A stretch of 64,000 nt of DNA. It comes from Antedon mediterranea (Eukaryota > Animalia > Echinodermata). The stretch spans positions 9,858,001 through 9,922,000 of the forward strand of contig NC_092673.1 in assembly GCF_964355755.1 (NCBI RefSeq). Direction: 5' to 3'. Below the pieces are notes generated by a model. The model saw nothing but the letters and a program-made list of their open reading frames with translations. It made no database searches and was not told the DNA's origin. Made by a program: the position numbers and the translations under genes. Numbering within the stretch: the stretch's first letter is position 1; every line of letters begins with the position of its first letter. Positions 1 to 12,125 of this stretch are shown here, in pieces.

Positions 1-33
1 GAGGTAGGGCATGCTAAAATGAGTGTGTCAAAG

Positions 34-534
34 TGTAATAAATTACCATTCCCTAACATATAGAGTAACATAGTATTTACATGAACATTCTAGAATAAGA
101 TGTTTTGATTTAAGAAACCATGTATAATTAATAAGAACAATCAAGAACATTCCAGAAGTGCTATTAATAGAAACTGTAATCATGTAATAATGAGAAGTAT
201 AAGGAATGATCTAGAAGGTTATGAACATATTGTATATAAGGGGAAGTATGACAATTGTAAGAGGGAGAAGGATTTTTGATTGAAGCATTTATTTTGAAGA
301 AGGTTGTTGGATTAGAGGTTGGATTAGAGGTTGGATGTTATATTGTAAAGTCATTGTGAAGCTGTTGTTTAAAGTGCTTACTGGATTGTTAAAAGTTGAA
401 GTTGATTGAAATTAAAGCTTTGTTTTGAGTTATTTTACAACTTTGTGGATTTTGTGTGTATACTTTTATGTCACAAGGGAGTTCCTAAAGTATTTTCAAC
501 CGCTCGGAAACATACGTGAGAGGAGTTCGTGACA
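34..534 (+). repeat. 5' LTR (501 bp)
   Basis: TGTAATAAATT...GTGACA; matches 2686-3186 except one C/T difference seen by eye. Confidence 0.95.
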
Positions 535-539
535 TAATT

Positions 540-552
540 TGGTGGCAGCGGT
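540..552 (+). promoter_or_regulatory. Primer-binding site, tRNA-Leu
   Basis: TGGTGGCAGCGGT just after the LTR is complementary to the 3' end (ACCGCTGCCACCA) of animal tRNA-Leu. Confidence 0.8.
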
Positions 553-863
553 TATTTCGATCTACTGTTCGACTTAACTGTGTATTTATCTACGGTTGTG
601 ATATTTTGTGTAGCAGTTTGATCTACTGTATTTTGCCATAGATTGGTGGCTGTTTTAGGATCAACTGTACTTTATTGATTTTGTGAAAGCGGTACTTACG
701 ATACTGTGATATTTTACGGAAGCCGCGGTGCTACGTTTTGTTTAATCGTAAGTACACAAACATTGTTTTAAGAACACTACATTGTTTATTTGGAACAGTA
801 GACTTGTGAACGTCTCGGTAACTACGATTAACTAGTAACAAGACCCTCATCCAGATTTAAAAT

Positions 864-2612
864 ATGGCTGATAAACAATCAACAACAAGATCCGGTAGAG
901 AATACAGCGGCGGCGATGAAACTGATTCGGATGTAGAATCAGTTCAATCAGTACAACCTGAACAACAGGCAGAAGAGTCTGGACCAACCAGTGGACATAA
1001 CCCTACAGGGGCTGACTCATTTTCAAAAGATTTGTTGTTGTTGATGCAGCAGCAAATGCAACAGCAAATGCAACAGCAAATGCAACAGCAAATGCAGCAA
1101 CAAATGCAACAGCAGAATCTTATGATGCAGCAGATGATGGACAGACAAGAACGTTTACGTAGGGAAGATATGGAGAAACAGCAAGCATTAGTAATGGCGT
1201 TAATGGATAAGCAAAAGGACAGTGAGGAGAAACGATTAAAGGACATAATGAGATTGAAGGAAGTTCAGATTGCAAAACTTTCTGATAGTGAGGATATTGA
1301 AAATTATCTTACTACGTTTGAACGAATTGCTAACACCTATGAGTGGCGAAAAGAACACTGGGTAGTAAAACTAATACCTCATTTGACAGGCAAAGCAAGA
1401 GCAGCCTATGCATCACTACCAGTGACAGAAAGTAACCAGTACGATATAGTGAAGAAAGCAATATTACAAAGGTATGACATAACTGAAGAGACATATAGAC
1501 AAAGGTCAATTAAAAAGAAAAGTGAAGAAAGTTATAGAGAAATGTATGTTAGGTTGAAAGACTTATTTACTAAGTGGGCTAGGCCTGCTGATAAAAGCAA
1601 AGAGGATTTAGCTGAAATTGTTATTTTAGAGCAATTAATAGATATTATGCCCACAGGGGTACAAATTTGGGTTAAAGAACATAAACCAGATTCTGGATTA
1701 AATGCTGCAGAATTAGCAGATAATTATTTTCAAGCTAGAAAAGGTATCGATTTTGAGAAAAAGTTTCAAAATAGAAAACACGAAAATCGAAACAACCAGG
1801 AGAAAACAGTGAAAGGCACTCCTGAAGTTGACACTAGAGATCATGCTAGAAAAGAAAAACTAAGAGAGGAAAACGAATTAAAGTCGGAAAAAGCTTCTGG
1901 GGTTATTTCACATCAGTTAGATGATGTGGTTAATTTTCAAGAAGAATTTGGACATTTAGATGGCCAACTACTCAGTAACAACCCTCCCAAGGAAAAAGTT
2001 CATAAAACCAGAAGTGAGAAACGAAAAGTTAGGAAAGAGTTTGCAAAAACAAAGGAAGCTCAATCTAGCCAAGATAGTGAATTAGACATTTTAGATATTG
2101 GCAGAGATAAAATTAAGGATTATCAGGTTAAGGATAGAACTTTAATTTCACTTCGAGAACAGATGTTAGTACAGAAGGATGATGACACTATAAAGATAGT
2201 CTGTAAGGATGGAATTTTATTTAGGCAGGTTTTCACTAAACACCAGACAGAACCAATAGAGCAATTAGTAGTTCCATACCCTTGCCGTAATAGTGTATTG
2301 AAAGTCTCACATGATATTCCTTTGGCAGGTCATTTAGGTAGGAAAAAGACATTAGATAGGATAAAGCAGAGATTCTTTTGGCCTGGTATTAGAAAGGATG
2401 TGACCGAATATTGTAACACTTGTGAAAATTGTCAGAAAACTTCAAAGTATAAAACTAAATTGAAGGCCCCGATGATTCCTATGTCAGTAATTGTTAGTGA
2501 ACCATTCCGACAAATTTACATGAATATTGTTGGTTCATTATTAGTAATTATTAATAATTATGTTGTATGTTATTATGGCGTATTTAAGTTTTATAGACTA
2601 GGAGTGGGTTAA
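864..2612 (+). CDS. gag: Gag (capsid/SCAN-like) fused in frame to an integrase N-terminal H2C2 zinc-binding domain; no PR, RT, RNaseH or integrase core
   Basis: EDIENYLTTFERIA..W..LIPHLTGKARAAY and LEQLIDIMP..IWVKEHKP..AAELADNY (SCAN-like); SHDIPLAGHLGRKKTLDRIKQRFFWPGIRKDVTEYCNTCENCQK (integrase Zn domain); (QQQM)n tract. Confidence 0.85.
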   Translation: MADKQSTTRSGREYSGGDETDSDVESVQSVQPEQQAEESGPTSGHNPTGADSFSKDLLLLMQQQMQQQMQQQMQQQMQQQMQQQNLMMQQMMDRQERLRREDMEKQQALVMALMDKQKDSEEKRLKDIMRLKEVQIAKLSDSEDIENYLTTFERIANTYEWRKEHWVVKLIPHLTGKARAAYASLPVTESNQYDIVKKAILQRYDITEETYRQRSIKKKSEESYREMYVRLKDLFTKWARPADKSKEDLAEIVILEQLIDIMPTGVQIWVKEHKPDSGLNAAELADNYFQARKGIDFEKKFQNRKHENRNNQEKTVKGTPEVDTRDHARKEKLREENELKSEKASGVISHQLDDVVNFQEEFGHLDGQLLSNNPPKEKVHKTRSEKRKVRKEFAKTKEAQSSQDSELDILDIGRDKIKDYQVKDRTLISLREQMLVQKDDDTIKIVCKDGILFRQVFTKHQTEPIEQLVVPYPCRNSVLKVSHDIPLAGHLGRKKTLDRIKQRFFWPGIRKDVTEYCNTCENCQKTSKYKTKLKAPMIPMSVIVSEPFRQIYMNIVGSLLVIINNYVVCYYGVFKFYRLGVG

Positions 2613-2685
2613 GTTTTGACACGTCCGTGTATACTAGCCCCTCAAAACTCCAAGAAAGAGTCTTGAGCTCAGAAAGAGGGGGGAG

Positions 2686-3186
2686 TGTAATAAATTACCA
2701 TTCCCTAACATATAGAGTAACATAGTATTTACATGAACATTCTAGAATAAGATGTTTTGATTTAAGAAACCATGTATAATTAATAAGAACAATCAAGAAT
2801 ATTCCAGAAGTGCTATTAATAGAAACTGTAATCATGTAATAATGAGAAGTATAAGGAATGATCTAGAAGGTTATGAACATATTGTATATAAGGGGAAGTA
2901 TGACAATTGTAAGAGGGAGAAGGATTTTTGATTGAAGCATTTATTTTGAAGAAGGTTGTTGGATTAGAGGTTGGATTAGAGGTTGGATGTTATATTGTAA
3001 AGTCATTGTGAAGCTGTTGTTTAAAGTGCTTACTGGATTGTTAAAAGTTGAAGTTGATTGAAATTAAAGCTTTGTTTTGAGTTATTTTACAACTTTGTGG
3101 ATTTTGTGTGTATACTTTTATGTCACAAGGGAGTTCCTAAAGTATTTTCAACCGCTCGGAAACATACGTGAGAGGAGTTCGTGACA
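2686..3186 (+). repeat. 3' LTR (501 bp) preceded by a polypurine tract
   Basis: Purine run at 2671-2685, then a copy of 34-534. Confidence 0.95.
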
Positions 3187-3191
3187 CAAAG

Positions 3192-3800
3192 CAAAAAATG
3201 TCCCTTTTAGAAGCAGCTAGGCAAGACGTAATCGATGCCATTAGACAACAACCTGAGATTAACGGCTTCAAAGAAGGTCAACATAAGGGGGGGGGGGGGG
3301 GCAGAGGAGAAAGAGCAAATAAGAAAAAAGCGTTGAAATACCGCAATGAAAAGAAGAGAGCTGCTCAATATGCAGAAGAGGTGGAGCATCTCTTCATTCC
3401 AGATCAAGGGTCTCATCGTCCGCCAGAACCAAAAAGGAGAAAATTAGCAAAAAGGGCACCAGTGAACAATGACGAGCATCCAGTATGTGTTTGTTTTTCA
3501 ACGATGGTAATTAACCTTAAAACATGCTATGGGTGCAAAGAAAGATTTTCAGATCGCTATAGAAAAGAGCCAAATTATGTCATCTTAAAAGTCAACCTGA
3601 AAAGGAAATATACAAAAGATGGCAAAGAACATGTAGCATCGAAGGTATCTGCAGCCTACTTTCACCTAAACATGAACTGCGTAAGGAAGGTTAAACCGTA
3701 CGCAGAAATCAACGAGATAGTCATTCACAATGAGGTAAAAGCACTCTTAAGAGCAGGACACAAACAGGTTTTAAAAATATTTGGAATGAAAGCAATATAG
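3192..3800 (+). pseudogene. C-terminal part of MULE-like transposase gene, copy 1, interrupted by the LTR element (continues at 1-33)
   Basis: Near-identical to 5283-5893; CYGC...HLNMNC zinc-finger-like end; the G15 run keeps frame. Confidence 0.7.
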
Positions 3801-4911
3801 ATTTGGAGGCTGCTATTTTTTAAATAATATTAAAATACAGTGTGATCACTACCCATGAATACTTATAACTTGACATTTTATTATAAATACATCATGTAAA
3901 CTTTTGGATCTCTGTGTTTTTTGGGGGTTGGCTGGGGAATGTGTTTATGTTGAACAAAGCTACAATATTTTAAAATATATCTGTTCTGTTAAGGGTATGT
4001 TCAGACTCACAGTGTACGGTTTGTTATCTGACGCAAGACGTCAAGGTGTTCAGACACAACGATCAACATTCCAATGCTTGCATTTAAAACACTCTGATAA
4101 TCAGATCTAAGCAGATTGAACTATGTATACATTCATGATGAAAAATGCATTACAGTTTACATTGTAAAGTTGTTTTTTGATATTTTTATTTATACAGTAT
4201 AATGTTACCTTCAAAATACTGATTTGTTCTTACTACTTGCAGAATTGCATTCTAATTCAAAATAATTTCAAACACAATTAGCACACGGCCAATTATCTGA
4301 TTATTACAGTATTGTATTTAATTTATGAAAATATATCGCTGACGTGAACTGTACTTTAAAATTTAAAACCTGATAGTTTGACGGTCAGCGATCTCGATGT
4401 ATGCCTGCTATTAACCGTGGTCGTGTCTTCTTATTGGTTAAGGTTAAAATCACTGATGCCTCACTGGATTAGCATTATTAAATCTACCCTCTTCTTCAAG
4501 GGTTACTAACGCAACTGGTGCGGCGTAACAGCTCCCTAACGCTAATCCGTGGCCTAGTTCACACACAAAAATATGTACGCCGCTTACATAATGCCACCTT
4601 AACTGAACATATCCTAAAGCAAACATATTCCTTATTATCTTTAGTTACAGAATTATAACAAACAAGTTCTATCTTGTAATAAACAGTGCTTTGAAACACG
4701 AGGTTTAATTAATAACCATAAACTTAAATATTGTTTTTAATTCTGTACATTTTTATTTTTAAGAAAGGTTTTAGAATTCAATATTGTCTAGAAAACAATT
4801 CTTTTTAAAGGGATTTACAGTACAATCTATATATAAATTTACGTAAGGGCAAAATTCGGTAAATCGCGCGTTATTTCTAGAATGTTTACTCGATGGTATA
4901 TAAAGTTGGTT

Positions 4912-5893
4912 TTGTTGCAGATGAAAATCATGCCAACTGGAAAAGTATCAAGAATGTGTTCGGCGATGATGGAGTTCGTAGAACTGTATCCTGCGAATTT
5001 CATTACAAGCAAAGTGTACAACGCCATTCAAAAAAAATTCCGCAAGATGATGCTGCACAATTCATTGAGATTGCAAATTCTATGCTCACTGCATATTCCC
5101 TTACTGAACTTAATGAAGCATGCAAAGAAATGACCAAGTTCACTGAGAAGCATCAAGTTCTTCAGAACTGGTATTCCTGGTGGTATGCTCGAAGAAGTCA
5201 TATTTTTTGGGCTTACAAACCAAGTGATGCACCAGTTTCAAACTTGGCTGAGGTAGGGCATGCTAAAATGAGTGTGTCAAAGCAAAAAATGTCCCTTTTA
5301 GAAGCAGCTAGGCAAGACGTAATCGATGCCATTAGACAACAACCTGAGATTAACGGCTTCAAAGAAGGTCAACATAAGGGGGGGGGGGGGGGGGCAGAGG
5401 AGAAAGAGCAAATAAGAAAAAAGCGTTGAAATACCGCAATGAAAAGAAGAGAGCTGCTCAATATGCAGAAGAGGTGGAGCATCTCTTCATTCCAGATCAA
5501 GGGTCTCATCGTCCGCCAGAACCAAAAAGGAGAAAATTAGCAAAAAGGGCACCAGTGAACAATGACGAGCATCCAGTATGTGTTTGTTTTTCAACGATGG
5601 TAATTAACCTTAAAACATGCTATGGGTGCAAAGAAAGATTTTCAGATCGCTATAGAAAAGAGCCAAATTATGTCATCTTAAAAGTCAACCTGAAAAGGAA
5701 ATATACAAAAGATGGCAAAGAACATGTAGCATCGAAGGTATCTGCAGCCTACTTTCACCTAAACATGAACTGCGTAAGGAAGGTTAAACCGTACGCAGAA
5801 ATCAACGAGATAGTCATTCACAATGAGGTAAAAGCACTCTTAAGAGCAGGACACAAACAGGTTTTAAAAATATTTGGAATGAAAGCAATATAG
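4912..5893 (+). pseudogene. 5'-truncated MULE (Mutator-like) transposase, frameshifted at a G17 run
   Basis: FVADENHANWKSIKNVFG...VSCEFHYKQSV (catalytic D plus CxxH), WWYARR, SNLAEVGH (catalytic E region). Confidence 0.7.
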
Positions 5894-7004
5894 ATTTGGA
5901 GGCTGCTATTTTTTAAATAATATTAAAATACAGTGTGATCACTACCCATGAATACTTATAACTTGACATTTTATTATAAATACATCATGTAAACTTTTGG
6001 ATCTCTGTGTTTTTTGGGGGTTGGCTGGGGAATGTGTTTATGTTGAACAAAGCTACAATATTTTAAAATATATCTGTTCTGTTAAGGGTATGTTCAGACT
6101 CACAGTTTACGGTTTGTTATCTGACGCAAGACGTCAAGGTGTTCAGACACAACGATCAACATTCCAATGCTTGCATTTAAAACACTCTGATAATCAGATC
6201 TAAGCAGATTGAACTATGTATACATTCATGATGAAAAATGCATTACAGTTTACATTGTAAAGTTGTTTTTTGATATTTTTATTTATACAGTATAATGTTA
6301 CCTTCAAAATACTGATTTGTTCTTACTACTTGCAGAATTGCATTCTAATTCAAAATAATTTCAAACACAATTAGCACACGGCCAATTATCTGATTATTAC
6401 AGTATTGTATTTAATTTATGAAAATATATCGCTGACGTGAACTGTACTTTAAAATTTAAAACCTGATAGTTTGACGGTCAGCGATCTCGATGTATGCCTG
6501 CTATTAACCGTGGTCGTGTCTTCTTATTGGTTAAGGTTAAAATCACTGATGCCTCACTGGATTAGCATTATTAAATCTACCCTCTTCTTCAAGGGTTACT
6601 AACGCAACTGGTGCGGCGTAACAGCTCCCTAACGCTAATCCGTGGCCTAGTTCACACACAAAAATATGTACGCCGCTTACATAATGCCACCTTAACTGAA
6701 CATATCCTAAAGCAAACATATTCCTTATTATCTTTAGTTACAGAATTATAACAAACAAGTTCTATCTTGTAATAAACAGTGCTTTGAAACACGAGGTTTA
6801 ATTAATAACCATAAACTTAAATATTGTTTTTAATTCTGTACATTTTTATTTTTAAGAAAGGTTTTAGAATTCAATATTGTCTAGAAAACAATTCTTTTTT
6901 AAGGGATTTACAGTACAATCTATATATAAATTTACGTAAGGGCAAAATTCGGTAAATCGCGCGTTATTTCTAGAATGTTTACTCGATGGTATATAAAGTT
7001 GGTT
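4912..7004 (+). repeat. 2093-bp tandem duplication unit (copy 2); copy 1 = 1-33 plus 3192-4911 and extends left of the window
   Basis: Near-identical sequence; both copies end ...ATATAAAGTTGGTT (4911 and 7004). Confidence 0.95.
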
Positions 7005-8336
7005 CGTACTTTCGGTACTGATTTTAACCACCTGATGTAACCCTGTTTACTAATTAAATTGAGTTCGATAATTAGTTATTGTCGATTAAAACGAATTTAG
7101 GTTCAACGATTTGCCCCAAATAGGGGTGTTTTTCGATCGTGGTATACACTGTCTAATGGATGTCCGTCTTGAAAAATACCCGCAGACAATAATACGAGGA
7201 TGCTTCGCATTTTCCTATCTCCTCCTACGATAATTGTTTTTAATGGCTGAAAACCGGTTGAACAGCTCGAGTATAGCATCATAATGTTGAAGACAGGCCG
7301 ATTTTCTTTAAAAAATACTATTTTGATAGATTTAATATACGTTTATACAAATGTATTGATTTGCGATGAATGGGACATTCCAATCTCTGTTCCACAAGTG
7401 TCTATTCCCTCAGGCGTCGTAAAGGCAAGTACAGGTACTGTATACTCATAACAGAAATTCGATCCATTTTTTTTTCAATCTGTGCTGCAGAGGTTGGATA
7501 TAAATTTTTTTTAAACGGATAATGAGCTAGCGTTTTCACTCGCCATATATTATGTACACATCTTTATTATTGCAGTTAAACCACCCATATCATCACCCTT
7601 CCCTCACTGGCATGAGTAGCGTTGTAAAACCAGTAGAGGATAGGCCTACGGTACATCACATGCCCTAAACGCAGAACAACTTTGGTGGGTAGGGGGTGGG
7701 TAGGGTAGGAACCAACTTAGAATTTGCTCTAAGAAACAATGTAAAACCATTAGGCCTACTAATTAAGTTTAGTTAGATAATTTAATATTTATTGACGATT
7801 AAATCGAATTTATGATTTTCCCCGAATAGAGGTGGTTTTCACAAATTGTTTTACATTATATAAACATATATACGTCGTAGTGATGTATCGTTACATGTAC
7901 TGTACTATTTCAATCGACTATGACGGTGATAGTTTCAACAAAGTATTAAATCGCAATGTTTTACTGTGTTTAGTGGTATATTATTTGTAAAACATGAAAA
8001 CAATTAATATTTCGTTAATAAATGGGTAAAGAATATATTTAAAAATTGTTCCTCTTTGCACCCATCCTCTTCCCCATCCCTCAACCCAAATGTTACATAC
8101 AAAACACAATTTAAGTTTGTTTAAATTTGACTTAAACAATTGGTCTCATTTTGTGACAAGTTTCTCTTTCGTAAGTAATTCCCAGGGTACTAATTTTACA
8201 GTACATAAATCACAGTGTTTATTTATTCGTTCCTGTAAACGACATGTATTATTGTCCTGCGGTACGTACATTTGAAATCGCCAGTTTTTTTAACGCTGAA
8301 ATTATTATGTATTCGAGAACCATCTGTGGGCACGAC

Positions 8337-8373
8337 CTAGATGGTACGCGAGCGAAGCGAGCGTACCATCTAG
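8337..8373. repeat. 13-bp-stem hairpin ending in CTAG; possible Helitron/Helentron-type terminus
   Basis: CTAGATGGTACGC-GAGCGAAGCGA-GCGTACCATCTAG followed by TT. Confidence 0.55.
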
Positions 8374-8569
8374 TTATTAAAATTACTGTAACCACAAAAT
8401 TTGTAATATATCTATTACAATTTTGGCCTCATTTAGAGGAGGCGGATATGGTGAGGGGTGTGAAGAAAGTTTGGTTCATGTTAAGCTTTGACTTTGTTCT
8501 ACACTGCATTATAAAGTGATTTTTTTTGCTTTGCACCATAGGTCTAAATGTTTATAATAATAATAATAA

Positions 8570-8950
8570 CAACTTTATTTTAAAACGGATGCAACACTTG
8601 GATCACCAGATTGGTGTTTTTCACAAGGCCGTTACTTATTACAAAACTATTTACACAAGTTATCATTTACAGTACATAATGATTTCATGAAAAACAGGGT
8701 TTCAAGTATATCTTACCTTCATTTATTATTTTTTTAAATATATGTATATTAGGAGCTGTAATTGCATTTGAGTTTATAGCATTTAAACTATTCCATAGCT
8801 TTGCGCCAGAATACGAGAAACTTTTCTTTTTGTACTCAGTGTTTGCCTTATGTAAACTTTCTATTGATCTAGTATTATATGTTTGTTTGCGTTCATAGAA
8901 TCTGTTTCTTAAGTAGGATGGTGTTTATTTATTTATTATGTTTAAGAGCT
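8570..8950 (-). mobile_element. Decayed 3' end of a CR1/L2-group LINE
   Basis: Minus-strand translation TPSYLRNRF..YNTRS..KANTEYKKKSFSYSGAKLWNSL, followed by AATAAA and a simple-repeat tail. Confidence 0.65.
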
Positions 8951-10799
8951 ATAATGATTTTTTTACCATTTTCAGGTACATTATGTATGTTTTTATGAAA
9001 CGCTGTGAAAAGGGTTTAGAATTTAATATTGTCTAAAAAAACAAAAACATTTTTTTAAAATCTTTTATTTACCATTTAAGTATGTCAGGGATCTACAGAT
9101 ATAAATTTAAATGTTGATCTTAAAATGTGACTTAAGATTGTAAAATTGTCCTTGACAGGAATGGGGAAGGTGGGAGATATTATGTTATTTTATAATGTTA
9201 TTTTTTCTTTCAGCATGCTTTAGTATCTAGTATTTTATGAATTTAGTATTTTATGAAACTATGCATTAACTTTGTAAATCACTGTACTATCAGAATTATC
9301 TTGTTATATGGCTGAGGTTGTAAAAATTACTGTAACTACTGCAACGCCTACACCTCCACCAGATTGTGCATACAGTCTATGCCCCATGCCGGGATAAGGA
9401 ATAAGAAAGGTTGTTTAGTTCATGCTAGCTTTTCTTTTCTTGTGTTCTACAATGCAGTGCAGTGACAATGTTCAAATATTTGTATGTGGTCAACTATTTA
9501 GTCATGATCGTTATGTTTAAAAGTTAGGTTTTACTTAACCCTTTGAAGACACAAATGACTGAGGCTAAATGAAGTATTTTTTAATAGGTTTAACTTTCTT
9601 TTTCTTTTTGGTGTGTGATACGTACTATACTACAGTACAGTACTATGTATTTACCAATTTGGTATGGATGACGTGGGTTGAAATTAACATGAAGGGGTCA
9701 CTTTAAGGGGGCCTGGCCTGACATGACATTTCCGACCTGATATTTTATCAGTTTTTGTTTTTTTGTTATGTCCTCACACACTTATGTTTGTACAAATTTT
9801 GGTTCATGGAAGAGATGTAGGGAAATAAACCATTTTTGGGGGTTTTCGAGGAGGTCTGGAGACCAGACCCGACCCCCGGGGTCAGGCTGGCAAACTTTTT
9901 TTTAAAATGTTTTTGGCATAGTATTAACATTAAGGGGTCAAACCTTCTGGGTTGTATGGGGTTAAATCATATGTTACGGGCTCTTGGCCTATACTCATCT
10001 CGTGGAGTTTTTGCCTGAGAAACAGTGTTTCTTCACCAAGTGAATCTAATCTAGGCCTACCTCCAGTGCTTAGCCTAGAACTGTAGTAAGCACTGACTTA
10101 ACTAAAACATAAACAAGTTGAGCATTCAGAAACAAATAATGCTAAAGTGAATAATAAACAAGAAATATTTCTTACAAAAAACGCCGCGTAACTTTTTGAC
10201 TGGACAGTAAGAACAGTCTTCATTAATCTAATATAATAGGTCGGCCAATCAAAACGCAAGTGAACAATTGGGACTTTACTTGTGATTTATGTCATTGGCC
10301 TGTCAGCACAGTCGTTTCTTTCTAGAATTAAACGCACAAACTTGTATCGCATTTAGGTATTGATAATAATAATAATATGGCTTTTGAATATATAATTACT
10401 GTCTGTAGAATAACATTTATACATTTTCGGTTCGCGATGAAAAGTTATATGAATGGATTTGTAATAGGTATTTATAATAATAGTATATGGGTTGTATTAT
10501 TGCTAAGCTATCACCAAATCGCGTTATAACATTATTTCTCAGGGTTTTTTGCACCATTGATCAATACCAAACGCGTATCGGTATTATAGTTTTTAATGAA
10601 TCATTACATTAATAAAAATACCCAATTAAATCAATCGCGTCAGTCCAATTCCGACTTCAAAAAAAATGTGATGTGCCCAAATATGGTAGTGATATGCCCG
10701 ATTATCGTAGTGATATGACATCGTCATGTCTATATAATATGGGCACATCATATTTAGTTTGATAGTATAGACAGAGCTTAAGGATTATATTTAAAAAAT

Positions 10800-11095
10800 G
10801 TTTTCTTACATTTTGAACGGAAGTATTTATTTGTTTATAAGCCCAATTTTCCAGTCTTAATTTTACATTTTGAAAAAAAGTATTTATTTGTTTATAAGCC
10901 CAATTTCCCAGTCTTAATTTTACATTTTGAAAAAAAAAGTATTTTATTTGTTGATAAGCCCAATTGTGCAGTCTTATTTTACATTTTGAACGAAAGTATT
11001 TATTTGTTGATAAGCCCAATTTTGCAGTCTTATTTTACATTTTAAACGAAAGTATTTATTTGTTGATAAGCCGAATTTTCCAGTTTAATAATAAT
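10800..11095. repeat. ~55-57-bp AT-rich tandem repeat (~5 units), with further units near 11260, 11630-11720 and 11910-11950
   Basis: Repeated TTACATTTTGAACGAAAGTATTTATTTGTTGATAAGCCCAATTTT.CAGTCTTA. Confidence 0.85.
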
Positions 11096-12125
11096 GACCC
11101 CTTCCACAGTGCTTATACCATATACATTTTACATGATATTGACCGTGGGTTCTTTACGCCTCTGATGCATTTGTTTTTATTATACCTTTTTAATAAATTA
11201 TTATATGTTTAGGCCTAATCACACCCAATTTAATGAAACGGTCAGATTCCGATTTCAATTGAACGAAAGTAGTACTGTTTATTCATTGATAAGCCAAGGG
11301 TCCCATGGCGATAGCCGATATCTTGAGCATTTGACTCTTGTGTCAACCTGTAACACAAATCATTCTTCAAAATTTAAAGAAAGAACCTCACACGTCTTTT
11401 TTGTGAGTGATACACTATGGATATGCCCACGGAAATAATATGTGGACATTACAAACAATCATAGGCCTACAGTAACAAACATAACATGGCTAATAAGCAT
11501 AACATTCAGACTTGCTTGTTTTCTAGTGGATTTTTATTTACTTTAGCATGTAGAATAAAACTAGTAACAGTGGCTATATTAATAATTATACTGATTATCC
11601 TTGCTGTTATCGCGTCTAATAATAAAATATTTTGTTGTTGATAAGCCCAATTTTTCAGCATTGATTTTACATTTTGAACGAAAGTATTTATTTGTTGATA
11701 AGCCCAATTTTGCAGTCTTAATAATGACCCTTCCACGGTGCATTTTACATGATATTGACCGAGGGTTTTTACGCCTCTATAGCCACTGATCAATACTATA
11801 ATTAATGTACTTTTTTAAATGAATATTGAAATGTTTCAACATACCCAATTAAAAAAAACGGTCCGTTTTCGAGTTCAATCTTTTGATTAGAGAGAGGTTG
11901 GAGTTTCATTTTGAACGAAAGTATTTATTTGATTGATAAGCCAAATTTCTAGTCCTAATGATTTGAGATTCAACGGGTTTTGCTTTCAATTGTATAATAA
12001 TATAATTATATATAAACACAACAGGCATAGAAATAAATTCCAAACCGCCCGGTGATACACTGAAAATTATTTAATTAATTTTTGAAACGATAAAGATGAG
12101 GAAATCTGTGAGAATGAGAAAATGT

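Larger units (their letters stand above)
34..3186 (+). mobile_element. Internally deleted (non-autonomous) Gypsy/Gmr1-like LTR retrotransposon with 5-bp TSD CAAAG
   Basis: Two 501-bp TG...CA LTRs (34-534, 2686-3186); CAAAG at 29-33 and 3187-3191; PBS at 540-552; PPT at 2671-2685; the empty site is visible at 5278-5282. Confidence 0.95.

Noticed and set aside
944-1246. Cys-rich minus ORF (CCIC repeats) resembling metallothionein
   Set aside because: It is the antisense reading of the (QQQM)n tract in gag.
3168-3191. GTG start for a 210-aa gene
   Set aside because: The start lies inside the 3' LTR; the ORF is the remainder of the interrupted transposase.
3904-6203. Duplicated 68-aa ORFs (3904-4110 and 5997-6203)
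   Set aside because: TTG start and no motifs; identity is explained by the tandem duplication.
10702-11793. Repeat-protein-like ORFs (NWAYQQINTF)
   Set aside because: Translations of the AT-rich ~55-bp tandem repeat.
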